NCBI GenBank assembly: GCA_051439505.1
Contig: JBFRWI010000094.1
Span: 1-21,891, forward strand
Direction: 5' to 3'
DNA from: Hormoscilla sp.
GTDB lineage: Bacteria; Cyanobacteriota; Cyanobacteriia; Cyanobacteriales; Desertifilaceae
DNA length: 21,891 nucleotides
How positions within the stretch are numbered: the first letter of the stretch is position 1; each line of letters starts with the position of its first letter. This document shows positions 6,671 to 15,190 of the stretch, in pieces. The notes under the pieces were generated by a model. The model searched no databases, had not been told where the DNA came from, and was given only the letters and a program-made list of their open reading frames with translations. Made by a program: the position numbers and the translations under genes.

Positions 6671-9494
6671 AAATTAGTCCTGGAAGCACAACACCAACTT
6701 GATTGTTAAATATTTCCATATCCTTTCGATCCTTTTCATCGAAACTGGTTTGGAAGTAGTCGGGAACTTGACCATTCCTGTAAGCAGATTTATCTTTGCC
6801 TGGTTTACGCTTGTTAACTAATTGGGTTACGGCTAGTAACTCGCCATCAGAACCTAATACTGGCATGCATAGTAGGCTACAAGTGCGATAACCGGTTTTG
6901 CGATCGGTCCTTTTAGCAAGTTCGGAGTCGGGATGCTGATAGAGGTCAAAGGGAATATTTAAGGGCTGACCAGTTGCAGCTACTTGGCCCACAAATCCTT
7001 CCCCGATCGGGACTCTGGTTTCCATCCAGGAACCATCCCGTTGGGGGATTTTTGTCCACAATTCATTGGTCTGATAATCTACTAGCCACAGGGTGCTGCG
7101 ATCGGCATTTGTCAGTTTTTTCACTGCTTGCATGACTTTTTCGATCATTTCTTCTGGACTATTGCTCTGGTGGACCAAGCTGATGGCTTGATAAAGTGGA
7201 TCTATTGCTTGTTGTTGCTCGGCAATGGTGCGGATATGTCCATGGAAGGATTGACAGGCTTGCAGAATCGGTAAAATTGAGTTAGCACGTTGTTTCAATT
7301 TATTTGCGTCTGCTTGGGTAAAACCTTGGGGGTCAATGCGTTTTGATAAGGGGGCGCTGGAGACGGATTTTAATTTGTTCAAAAACCGGATAATTGCTAC
7401 TAGGTTCCCTTGCAGATCGAAGATGGGAAATAATAACAGATTCTGAATGGGATCTCTGATGCCTGTTTGGATTAAACGATCGTTCAAATGGCTGAGCAGG
7501 TTGATAGCTTTTTTATATTTAGATAAGACAAATATCCGGGCTATGCCTCTATTAGCCGGAATTCCGATCTCTTTGGCTTTACTAGCTTCTTCATCTTCTG
7601 GGAGCAAGCACCAAAGTTCATTATCTTCTGCATGCAAGAGGAAAATTGTTGTGTGGTCAACTCCCAATAGCTTCCCTAGTGATAAACTAACAAAGTTGAG
7701 CATGTAGGAGAGGGGATTGTAGATCTCCTCGTCTGACGGGTTGACTACAGCTTCACTGAGGATGGCTAGGGTTTGATGCACGGCTTCTTTGGGTTCAATT
7801 TGGGCTAGTTGCTTCAGGTTTTCATGGGTTTTGATGAACTGGAGGATGACGCCGACCCGATCGTTGAAGACTTGCATTGACTGTCGATCGTTCTTGTCAA
7901 AGCTAGCTTTGAAGTATTCGGGAACGCCAGGCCAGTCTTCCTTGCGGTATTCACCGAAATTACCGGGTTTTCTTTTGTTGACTAATTGAGTGACCCCCAG
8001 TAACTCGCCTTCGGGATTCAAAATTGGCATGCACAGCAGGCTACAGGTACGATAACGAGTTTGAGCGTCAGTTTTTCTAGCGTTCTTGGCGTCGGGATGT
8101 TCGTAGAGGTCGAAGGGGATAATCATTGCTTGGCGTTCTGCTGCCACCTTGCCAACAAAACCGACTCCGTACTGGCATCGCACTTCCCCTTTCCCTGGCA
8201 GTTCTGTCCAGAGATCTCCCCGATCGCGGTCTACTAACCACAGGGTACTGCGATCGGCGTTCATCAGCTTCTTGGCCGCATTCATCACCCGCTGCAATAT
8301 GGCTTTGGTATCTAAATTGATCTGGTCTAGGGAACGGGTAGCTTCGGCCAGGGCCGCTGTTGCGCGTAATTTCTTGCTAGCCTTATAAGAAGATTGGCAG
8401 CTTTCTAGAATGCGTTGAATTGGCTCGACACATTTTGCCAGTCTTTCTAGGTCTAGTCTGCTAAAACCTTTTTGATGCTCGTGCTGCTTCTTTTCCGGTA
8501 ATTTGTTCAGTAACTGGATCACCGCAATTACTTCGGTGTTGTCGTCCAGGATGGGAAAGGCTAATATGTTCTCGGTGCGGTAATTATATTTCTCGTCATT
8601 TTCCTTGACTAGCCGCGAACGGGGATCTTCGTATACTTTATCCGGAATATGGATCAGTTTTTTGGTCTTGGCAACTGTACCGGCAATCCCTTCGCCGACT
8701 CGCACTTGAATATCTAGGAATTCGCCTTTTTCATTCTGAGCTACTAGAGACCAAAGTTCTGTCTTTTCTTCGTTCAGTAAAAAGATGGTGCTGCGATCGG
8801 CCCCTAGGAGTTTGCCAATTTTCTCGGTCACATCTCGCAGCACTTCATAGAGAACCTGAGTTGAGCCTTGTTCTTCGCTCTCATCCTGTGATAGTATATC
8901 TACCTGGGTGACTAGGAGTTTTCTTTCTAGTTCGGCAAATGTGTTGATAAATTCTGACTCACTCTGCTCTTTCTCTCCCTTGACTTTTCGGTAGGCTTTT
9001 TCGACCCAATCAAGATCGAATACATACTCGTAAATTAAATTGTGGACTTTTAAGAAGCCGTGCTCTTTGACTACTAAACCTAATAGCCGCAGTTCCGTCT
9101 GTTCTGCACTTTCATTGGCGACTATGAATCCTTCTTGCAAAATTTCTTGATAGAGTTTTAATAGCTGAATGTTGCGCGGCTTCGGCTCTAACAGCCGATC
9201 GCGGATATTCTGCAAAGGTTTCAGTTCGGGGTTTTCCTCCCAATTGGCTAGCAGGCGCGATCGGACCAATTCTTCTACCCATTCAGTTTCTCTGCCTTCC
9301 GGGGGAGAGTCGGGAGCTTCTACTATCATCTGAAATAGTTTTTGGGTCAGGAATGGCTGTCCTCCAGTACACTTTAAAACCGCTGCGAGCAATTTCTTGT
9401 AGTTATGAGATTTTTCTTTTAACCTCATTGCTAGCAGTACGCCGCTATTCGGATCCTGGGGCGGCATCGAAGATGATGAAGTTGTTGAAACCAT
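6669..9494 (-). CDS. Multi-GAF protein (four GAF domains) with an N-terminal AAA_35/STAND-associated helical module and no output domain
   Basis: ADRSTIFL, ADRSTLWL (twice) and VDHTTIFL GAF starts, with 'VIQLLNK...F..D' (NKFDE-like) ends. The N-terminus has TGGQPFLTQKL...LGLVVK...NLIYEYVF..WV. Start 9494 is assumed; the frame is open to 9554. Confidence 0.88.
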   Translation of the reverse strand: MVSTTSSSSMPPQDPNSGVLLAMRLKEKSHNYKKLLAAVLKCTGGQPFLTQKLFQMIVEAPDSPPEGRETEWVEELVRSRLLANWEENPELKPLQNIRDRLLEPKPRNIQLLKLYQEILQEGFIVANESAEQTELRLLGLVVKEHGFLKVHNLIYEYVFDLDWVEKAYRKVKGEKEQSESEFINTFAELERKLLVTQVDILSQDESEEQGSTQVLYEVLRDVTEKIGKLLGADRSTIFLLNEEKTELWSLVAQNEKGEFLDIQVRVGEGIAGTVAKTKKLIHIPDKVYEDPRSRLVKENDEKYNYRTENILAFPILDDNTEVIAVIQLLNKLPEKKQHEHQKGFSRLDLERLAKCVEPIQRILESCQSSYKASKKLRATAALAEATRSLDQINLDTKAILQRVMNAAKKLMNADRSTLWLVDRDRGDLWTELPGKGEVRCQYGVGFVGKVAAERQAMIIPFDLYEHPDAKNARKTDAQTRYRTCSLLCMPILNPEGELLGVTQLVNKRKPGNFGEYRKEDWPGVPEYFKASFDKNDRQSMQVFNDRVGVILQFIKTHENLKQLAQIEPKEAVHQTLAILSEAVVNPSDEEIYNPLSYMLNFVSLSLGKLLGVDHTTIFLLHAEDNELWCLLPEDEEASKAKEIGIPANRGIARIFVLSKYKKAINLLSHLNDRLIQTGIRDPIQNLLLFPIFDLQGNLVAIIRFLNKLKSVSSAPLSKRIDPQGFTQADANKLKQRANSILPILQACQSFHGHIRTIAEQQQAIDPLYQAISLVHQSNSPEEMIEKVMQAVKKLTNADRSTLWLVDYQTNELWTKIPQRDGSWMETRVPIGEGFVGQVAATGQPLNIPFDLYQHPDSELAKRTDRKTGYRTCSLLCMPVLGSDGELLAVTQLVNKRKPGKDKSAYRNGQVPDYFQTSFDEKDRKDMEIFNNQVGVVLPGLI

Positions 9495-9615
9495 AGTGCA
9501 ACCTGATATTATCATATGAGGGTGAATACGCTGTCGCGCATTGAAAATGCACATTCTGTAATATCGTAATACAGGCGCTCAACCCCTTGGGATGGAGATC
9601 GGAGGATCTGAAAAT

Positions 9616-9650
9616 AACTACGAACTACGAACTACGAACTACGAACTACT
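9616..9650. repeat. STRR heptamer AACTACG x5
   Basis: Four perfect units plus one AACTACT. Confidence 0.9.
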
Positions 9651-9948
9651 TACCCCTGTGGTTCCCTCAAACCACAAGTATAGCACCCAGACTGGAGATG
9701 CGATCGCCCCTGGATCTGGGGAAACTAACCTGAGGGAGGAGTAAGAAGAGTATAATAACATTCGATCGACAGGTGGCGACAAATGACAAGCTGGAAGTCT
9801 CTCCCTCCAGAGGGTTTCCTTTTAGGGGGATTGGTCAAAATGGTATAAAGAGTAACGAAGCATTACCGATGAACCGTGGGTTTAGACACCAGTACTATTC
9901 TAAGGGAAATCGGGATTGTTTAATTGCTGACTTCTAAAGGAGAAAGGC

Positions 9949-10545
9949 ATGGATAATTTGTTAAATGTCTGCATGGGTCTGGGTTTAAGTGCAGCATGCG
10001 GTTTTCGGGTGTTTGTGCCGTTGCTGGCCATGAGTCTGGCGGCACAGTCTGGTGAGATCGCCCTGGCACCGGAGATGGAGTGGATCGGTACAACTCCAGC
10101 AACGATCGCCTTTGGAGTGGCAACGGCGGTGGAAGTGTTGGCCTATTACGTACCTGTGGTTGATAATCTACTGGATACTATAGAGGTGCCAGCGGCGATG
10201 ATCGCAGGGACCATGGTGACAGCAGCGGTTGTCCCGGATATGGACCCGACCTTAAGATGGATCTTTGCTGCTATTGCTGGGGGTGGTGCGGCGGAAACGA
10301 TCGAACTAGCGACTAGCGCCACCCGCTTAGTATCTACAGCTTCTACCGGCGGAATGGCGAATTCCGTTGTCTCTACCGTGGAGGTGGGCAGTGCTCTGAC
10401 TTTATCACTGTTGGCGTTAGCTTTACCTGCCTTGGCCGCGATCGTGGTGGGAGTGCTGATCGTCTGGGGCGGGAAAAAGATTTATAAACGCTTCCGAAAA
10501 CGCCAGGGCCATGAAGAAAGTGACGACACTATGCTTGATGAATGA
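9949..10545 (+). CDS. DUF4126 family membrane protein
   Basis: GLSAACGFRVFVPLL, EVLAYYVPVVDNLLD and STGGMANSVVS.VE motifs; AAGGAG RBS upstream. Confidence 0.9.
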   Translation: MDNLLNVCMGLGLSAACGFRVFVPLLAMSLAAQSGEIALAPEMEWIGTTPATIAFGVATAVEVLAYYVPVVDNLLDTIEVPAAMIAGTMVTAAVVPDMDPTLRWIFAAIAGGGAAETIELATSATRLVSTASTGGMANSVVSTVEVGSALTLSLLALALPALAAIVVGVLIVWGGKKIYKRFRKRQGHEESDDTMLDE

Positions 10546-10585
10546 TACCATAGCTGCTGTTAAAAACAGCGGTGATTTTATCTCA

Positions 10586-11440
10586 ATGCAACAGATTCAA
10601 GGTAGCACTAAATTGCTGGGGGTGATTGGTTATCCCGTGGAACATTCTTTGTCGCCCCTCATGCATAATGCGGCGATCGCCCACTTAAACCTAGATTACG
10701 TCTATCTGCCTTTCCCGATCGCGCCGTCAGATTTATCCGTGGCGATCGAGGGTTTTCGGGCTATTGGTTTGGTAGGTTTTAACATCACCATTCCCCACAA
10801 GCAGGCAATTATGCCTTTATTATCGGAGATTTCCCCCGTAGCGCAAGCTGTGGGAGCGGTGAATACGGTGTGGCGCAAGTCTGGGGGTTGGTACGGTACC
10901 AATACAGATGTAGCTGGATTTATTGCCCCCTTGCAAGATGATAATCGAGATTGGACTCAATGTAATGCTGTGATTTTAGGCAATGGCGGTGCTGCGAGGG
11001 CGGTAGTGGCGGGTTGCTTGCAACTGGGTTTTTCAGAAATTCATGTAGTGGGGCGATCGGCCCAGAAGTTAGCAGAATTTAAGAGCAGTTGGGATAGTCC
11101 CCTGCGGATTCACCCTTGGGAAAAGTTACCACAATTGCTGCCATCTGCATCTCTGCTGGTAAATACAACTCCCATTGGCATGTATCCCCATGTGGATGAG
11201 TCTCCTGTAGCAGCAGAGGTGATGGCAAAATTGCCCCAGGGCGCGATCGCCTATGATTTAATCTACACGCCTAATCCTACGCTGTTCCTGGAACAGGCCC
11301 AAGCTGTCGGGGCCCGGGCGATCGATGGGTTAGAGATGTTGATACAGCAAGGTGCAGCCGCTTTACAGATGTGGTTAGAGCAACCGGTCCCCGTAGATAT
11401 CATGCGGCAATCTTTGAGGCAGAAATTGGGACTAATTTAA
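10586..11440 (+). CDS. aroE: Shikimate dehydrogenase
   Basis: HSLSPLMHN, NITIPHK, GAVNT, NTD, GNGGAARA, NTTPIGM, YDLIY and DGLEMLIQQG motifs. The ATG at 10586 avoids overlap with the upstream gene. Confidence 0.97.
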   Translation: MQQIQGSTKLLGVIGYPVEHSLSPLMHNAAIAHLNLDYVYLPFPIAPSDLSVAIEGFRAIGLVGFNITIPHKQAIMPLLSEISPVAQAVGAVNTVWRKSGGWYGTNTDVAGFIAPLQDDNRDWTQCNAVILGNGGAARAVVAGCLQLGFSEIHVVGRSAQKLAEFKSSWDSPLRIHPWEKLPQLLPSASLLVNTTPIGMYPHVDESPVAAEVMAKLPQGAIAYDLIYTPNPTLFLEQAQAVGARAIDGLEMLIQQGAAALQMWLEQPVPVDIMRQSLRQKLGLI

Positions 11441-11466
11441 TAGGCGTTGTACGGGGGATGATGCTT

Positions 11467-11525
11467 GTCAGCTGTTATTTGTTAGTTGTCAACTGTTAGT
11501 TGTTAGTTGTTAGTTGTCAGTTGTC
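11467..11525. repeat. Degenerate STRR heptamer TGT(T/C)AGT tract
   Basis: tgtcagc tgttatt tgttagt tgtcaac tgttagt tgttagt tgttagt tgtcagt. Confidence 0.8.
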
Positions 11526-11700
11526 TCATCCGACCACGATCGGGGACCGCCTGCGTGGTCAGGTGAGCGTGAGCCGATTTTTCCACCAACGGTAGGGCAG
11601 GCTATATTACATGCATCATTTGTGTACCCGGCTATCAGCTACAAGCGAGCGCACCCAATCTAACCGGTGCCCCAGTTCGGAGTTCACCAGTTCGGAGTTC

Positions 11701-11983
11701 GGGTTGAAAACCTCTCGGTTGGGGTTGAAAACCTCTCCGTTGGGGTTGAAAACCTCTCCGTTGAGGTTGAAAACCTCTCGGTTGGGGTTGAAAACCTCTC
11801 GGTTGGGGTTTGAAACCTCTCGGTTGGGGTTTGAAACCTCTCGGTTGGGGTTTGAAACCTCTCGGTTGGGGTTTGAAACCTCTCCGTTGAGGTTTAAAAC
11901 CTCTCCGTTGAGGTTTAAAACCTCTCGGCTGAGGTTTAAAACCTGTCCGTTGAGGTTGAAAACCTCTCGGCTGGGGTTGAAAC
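11701..11983. repeat. Tandem array of 13 full and 1 partial 21-bp hairpin-forming units
   Basis: Consensus (G/A)GGTT(G/T)(A/G)AAACCTCTC(G/C)G(T/C)TG. Units start every 21 bp from 11701 to 11974, with no unique spacers. Confidence 0.97.
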
Positions 11984-12120
11984 GGGTGTGGTCTTGCGCC
12001 GGGTGTGGCCCCCGAGCGTGGTCGAAGGGCGTCGAAGGGGAGGGCCCATGGAACGATCGAACGATCGACGGGTGTTTTGACCACACCCTCTTGCGCCCGT
12101 TGGCAAGCGTTCACTAATTG

Positions 12121-12150
12121 TTAAAACCCACGGCGGACTAGGAGACTTAG
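12121..12150 (-). repeat. Truncated family A element
   Basis: TTAAAACCCACGGCGGACTAGGAGACTTAG matches the reverse complement of 89-121 (…AACCCACGGCGGGCCAGGAGACTAA). It is cut at the first hairpin loop. Confidence 0.75.
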
Positions 12151-12152
12151 CA

Positions 12153-13094
12153 TCAGCCAACTGAGTAATCATGTACTACAGTAAAAAGTCCTTGTTGGCG
12201 ATAATCTTCACTGACCGCTTCCGCATAGGTTCTGGTGTGGAAAGTCTCCACCAGAAAAGCCCGATCGCCCAGGACATATTCTTCCTTTGCCAATGGTGCC
12301 AGCGAGTGCAGCATTTCTTCCTGTTCTGGCTGGGGATGCACGATAATTCCATAGACAGATGCTTCTTTTTCGCCAGCGTATTCTTCCAACATGTGGGATA
12401 CCTCCGTAGCAATTAACTCCTCTTCCCTAGTTACCTCATTATCGATACTGATTAATGCATGAACTGCATCAACCAAATTCACAGCTTCTTCCTTTGCGGG
12501 CTTTTGTGCTAAGTAAGCTACCACCCCATTCCGCACGGCCTTAAATTTATCAATGCCCCGTTCGGGAGGCGGTTGCTGCAAAATATCTGACACATCTATT
12601 TCCCACTCCTGGGCAAACATTTCCACTAATTCTCGTTCTTTTTCATCTAAATTATCGTCCAACCATGCCAAGCGATATAAAATATCGATCAACTCTTTTC
12701 TTCCCGCTGGTTTCCCCATAGCTTTGATGAGGGTAGTTGATTCGCCTGCCTCCTGTTTCAATGCTTTCATAAACTTCTGCCACCAACCCGCATGACCGGT
12801 ATCTTTTACCCAAAATCCAATTCCCGTTAATAAGGAAAAGCTAAAGAATAATATACCAATAATATTCGTCAATCCGACTCTAAAATCTTTATTCTCGGCG
12901 ATAACTAAATAATATAGCACAAAGGGGATATTGGTTAAGAGATGCAGCATCATGGAAAAGATCGATATGCTTTCGGCCACTACTGGTTCGTGTTTTCTCT
13001 TCCACAATTTATTAATCTTGAGGTACACCGTGATCGCATTAATCAATACGGAAATGGATAGTAAGATCTTGATGATGGTGGCCAAAAAATCCAT
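12153..13094 (-). CDS. Membrane protein: N-terminal 3-TM PQ-loop/SemiSWEET-like region plus TerB-like domain
   Basis: Three hydrophobic segments in aa 1-96. Two TerB-like acidic motifs: LAWLDDNLDEKERELV and LISIDNEVTREEELI. GAGGA RBS upstream. Confidence 0.75.
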   Translation of the reverse strand: MDFLATIIKILLSISVLINAITVYLKINKLWKRKHEPVVAESISIFSMMLHLLTNIPFVLYYLVIAENKDFRVGLTNIIGILFFSFSLLTGIGFWVKDTGHAGWWQKFMKALKQEAGESTTLIKAMGKPAGRKELIDILYRLAWLDDNLDEKERELVEMFAQEWEIDVSDILQQPPPERGIDKFKAVRNGVVAYLAQKPAKEEAVNLVDAVHALISIDNEVTREEELIATEVSHMLEEYAGEKEASVYGIIVHPQPEQEEMLHSLAPLAKEEYVLGDRAFLVETFHTRTYAEAVSEDYRQQGLFTVVHDYSVG

Positions 13095-13130
13095 GATTAC
13101 GTTCCTCTTCTTTTGCGTTCTTCAACCTCA

Positions 13131-13160
13131 TGTACCGCCAGCAAGACTTGTAGCGGTACA
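13131..13160. other. Intergenic inverted repeat between iaaA and the TerB-like gene
   Basis: TGTACCGC (13131-13138) and GCGGTACA (13153-13160), with an inner CAAG-A-CTTG. Confidence 0.5.
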
Positions 13161-13176
13161 AACTTCCAGAGGGCCA

Positions 13177-14112
13177 TTATTCGGCAAAGCCAGTTAGTTC
13201 CTCGCCAGACCATTCTATAGTATCGCCGATTTTTTCTCCCGTGTGATAAGCTGCTAGCAGCACTTCGTTAGTTTTCCCCCAGGCGATCGCCCCCGTAGCA
13301 TCAATGCCAATAGCTGCCAAATCTCGTTGATTGCGCTTCGCTTCCGTCAGACTGCGTTCAAAGGCCGCCGACAAAGAAAGTCCATCCGTCACCCGGACTA
13401 CAATTCGCGCCGCTAGACATTCATCAATAATATCTTCGCCAATCCCCGTACAGCTGATACCGGCCAAAGAAGTAGCATAATTTCCCGCAGGCATGGCCGA
13501 ATCGCTCACCCGGCCAATGCGCTCAAATCCCTTACCGCCCGTAGAAGTACCAGCGGCAAGGCAACCCTTGGCATCTAAAGCAACAACACCGATCGTGCCA
13601 GTCCCAGCCGGGCGACTCACCAAATTGGCCATTTTTCTGGGAAAATTATTCTGTCGATCCTGCAACCATTCCTGCAAGCGCTCCTCCGTCAGAGGGTTAT
13701 AAATTGGCAGGGCCATTTCTCGCACCAGTTCGGCAGCGCCATAATCCGACAGCACCCGATCGGGATAATTTTGCAAAGCCAGAGCCAGTTCAATGGGATT
13801 TTGTAGGCGCGAGACATTAATTACGCCGCTGAAGGCTTGAGCAGTGCCGTCCATCAAAGAGGCACTCATGCGGATCTGACCATCCGATTGCAATACAGAA
13901 CCAGTACCAGCATTAAACCGGGGCTCGTCCTCTAGCAGCCGACAGCCCCGCACCACCGCTTCGGAAGCCGTCGCCCCAGCCAATAGCAGGTTATAAACAT
14001 CTTCTAGTATCTGGTAGAGAGACTGGCGCACGGCATCCACTCCCTCCTTGTCGCCAGCGGAACTAGCACCGCCGTGAATAATCAGCTTAGGTTGTTGTTT
14101 GTGCTTTGTCAT
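13177..14112 (-). CDS. iaaA: Isoaspartyl peptidase / plant-type L-asparaginase (Ntn hydrolase)
   Basis: IIHGGA, LEDEPRFNAGTGS, the autoprocessing site G|TIGVVALD, GTSTGG, GRVSDS and CTGIGE. Confidence 0.95.
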   Translation of the reverse strand: MTKHKQQPKLIIHGGASSAGDKEGVDAVRQSLYQILEDVYNLLLAGATASEAVVRGCRLLEDEPRFNAGTGSVLQSDGQIRMSASLMDGTAQAFSGVINVSRLQNPIELALALQNYPDRVLSDYGAAELVREMALPIYNPLTEERLQEWLQDRQNNFPRKMANLVSRPAGTGTIGVVALDAKGCLAAGTSTGGKGFERIGRVSDSAMPAGNYATSLAGISCTGIGEDIIDECLAARIVVRVTDGLSLSAAFERSLTEAKRNQRDLAAIGIDATGAIAWGKTNEVLLAAYHTGEKIGDTIEWSGEELTGFAE

Positions 14113-14269
14113 TGTCAGTTGTCAGTTCCCGCGCGAGAGCGTCCCGTGATAGATTAGCGATACGTTCGCGTCTAATTTTAAGCAACCGTGCTGATTGGTG
14201 ATGATTTTTACCTGATTTAATGCAAAATTAAGAAAATTTCTCGCGCACATACATTATCCTAGAGGCGTT

Positions 14270-15064
14270 ATGGATGTAGAAACAGCCATTAAGGGGGTAC
14301 GGATAGTTTTGGTGGAGCCCTTGGGCCCTCTGAATGTGGGGGCGATCGCCCGGGTGATGAAAAACATGGGACTGCACCAGCTAGTCCTGGTGAATCCCCA
14401 ATGCGATCACCACTCCCCAGAGTCGAGACTGATGGCAGTTCATGCTGTAGACATATTGTCATCCGCCCAGGTGGTGCCGACAATACCAGCAGCTTTAGAA
14501 GGCTGTACTCGCGCGATCGCCACTACAGCCCGGGAACGCTCGACGACCCCCCAGCTAGAACATCCCCGCACCGCCCTCCCCTGGTTGCTAGGAACCCCTA
14601 GTGCCCTGATTTTTGGACGTGAAGACCGAGGGTTAAGCAATGCCGAACTGAATTACGCCCAGCGATTTCTTGGCATTCCCTCCAGTCAGGCTTACCCATC
14701 CCTGAATCTGGCCCAGGCCGTGGCTGTATGCTGTTACGAACTATATCAGGGTGCGTCTGCTGCTAGCCAAAATTGCCAGCAGCAAACCGCAGCGGCGTCT
14801 CCTGGGATCGCCTCGATCGCCAAAGAGGAGACCCAGGCTGCTCCCAGAGAAGTATTAGAAGCATATTATCAACAAATGGAAGCCGTGCTATTGAAAATTG
14901 GTTATCTCTATCCCCATACAGCGGCAGCACGCATGTCCAAATTTCGCCGCTTATGCAACCGCGCCGATCCCACAGGGGCGGAAGTGGCGATGTTGCGAGG
15001 TATTCTCAGACAGGTGACATGGGCAATTGAACATCTGGCAAATGACCAACCGCAGCAAAGCTGA
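14270..15064 (+). CDS. trmJ: TrmJ/LasT family SPOUT tRNA methyltransferase
   Basis: IVLVEP...NVGAIARVMKNMG, FGREDRGLSN.EL, SLNLAQAVAV..YE and EVAMLRGIL motifs. Confidence 0.93.
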   Translation: MDVETAIKGVRIVLVEPLGPLNVGAIARVMKNMGLHQLVLVNPQCDHHSPESRLMAVHAVDILSSAQVVPTIPAALEGCTRAIATTARERSTTPQLEHPRTALPWLLGTPSALIFGREDRGLSNAELNYAQRFLGIPSSQAYPSLNLAQAVAVCCYELYQGASAASQNCQQQTAAASPGIASIAKEETQAAPREVLEAYYQQMEAVLLKIGYLYPHTAAARMSKFRRLCNRADPTGAEVAMLRGILRQVTWAIEHLANDQPQQS

Positions 15065-15190
15065 GATTCTATCTCCAGTTTCTGTGCTGTGAGACATGCA
15101 TGTCCTATTTATTTGTCAGAAGGCCGGAGTAGGCAACCCATTGAGCCAGGTCTACAATTCATTAATTTTAGATTACAAGAGGAGTCGTTG

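Noticed and set aside
7447..8388. Antisense ORFs inside the GAF gene (and similar shadow ORFs in obgE, iaaA, nfi, trmJ and the serine hydrolase gene)
   Set aside because: They are fully nested in well-supported genes and have no motifs of their own.
9558..9572. NtcA site GTA...TAC upstream of the GAF gene (and a similar one at 9852-9866)
   Set aside because: The spacer is 9 nt, not the canonical GTA-N8-TAC.
11701..11983. CRISPR array
   Set aside because: The units are contiguous with no unique spacers, and there are no cas genes in the window.
11521..12120. Group II intron remnant
   Set aside because: No recognisable domain V/VI consensus or RT fragment on either strand by eye; only a chance GTGCG.
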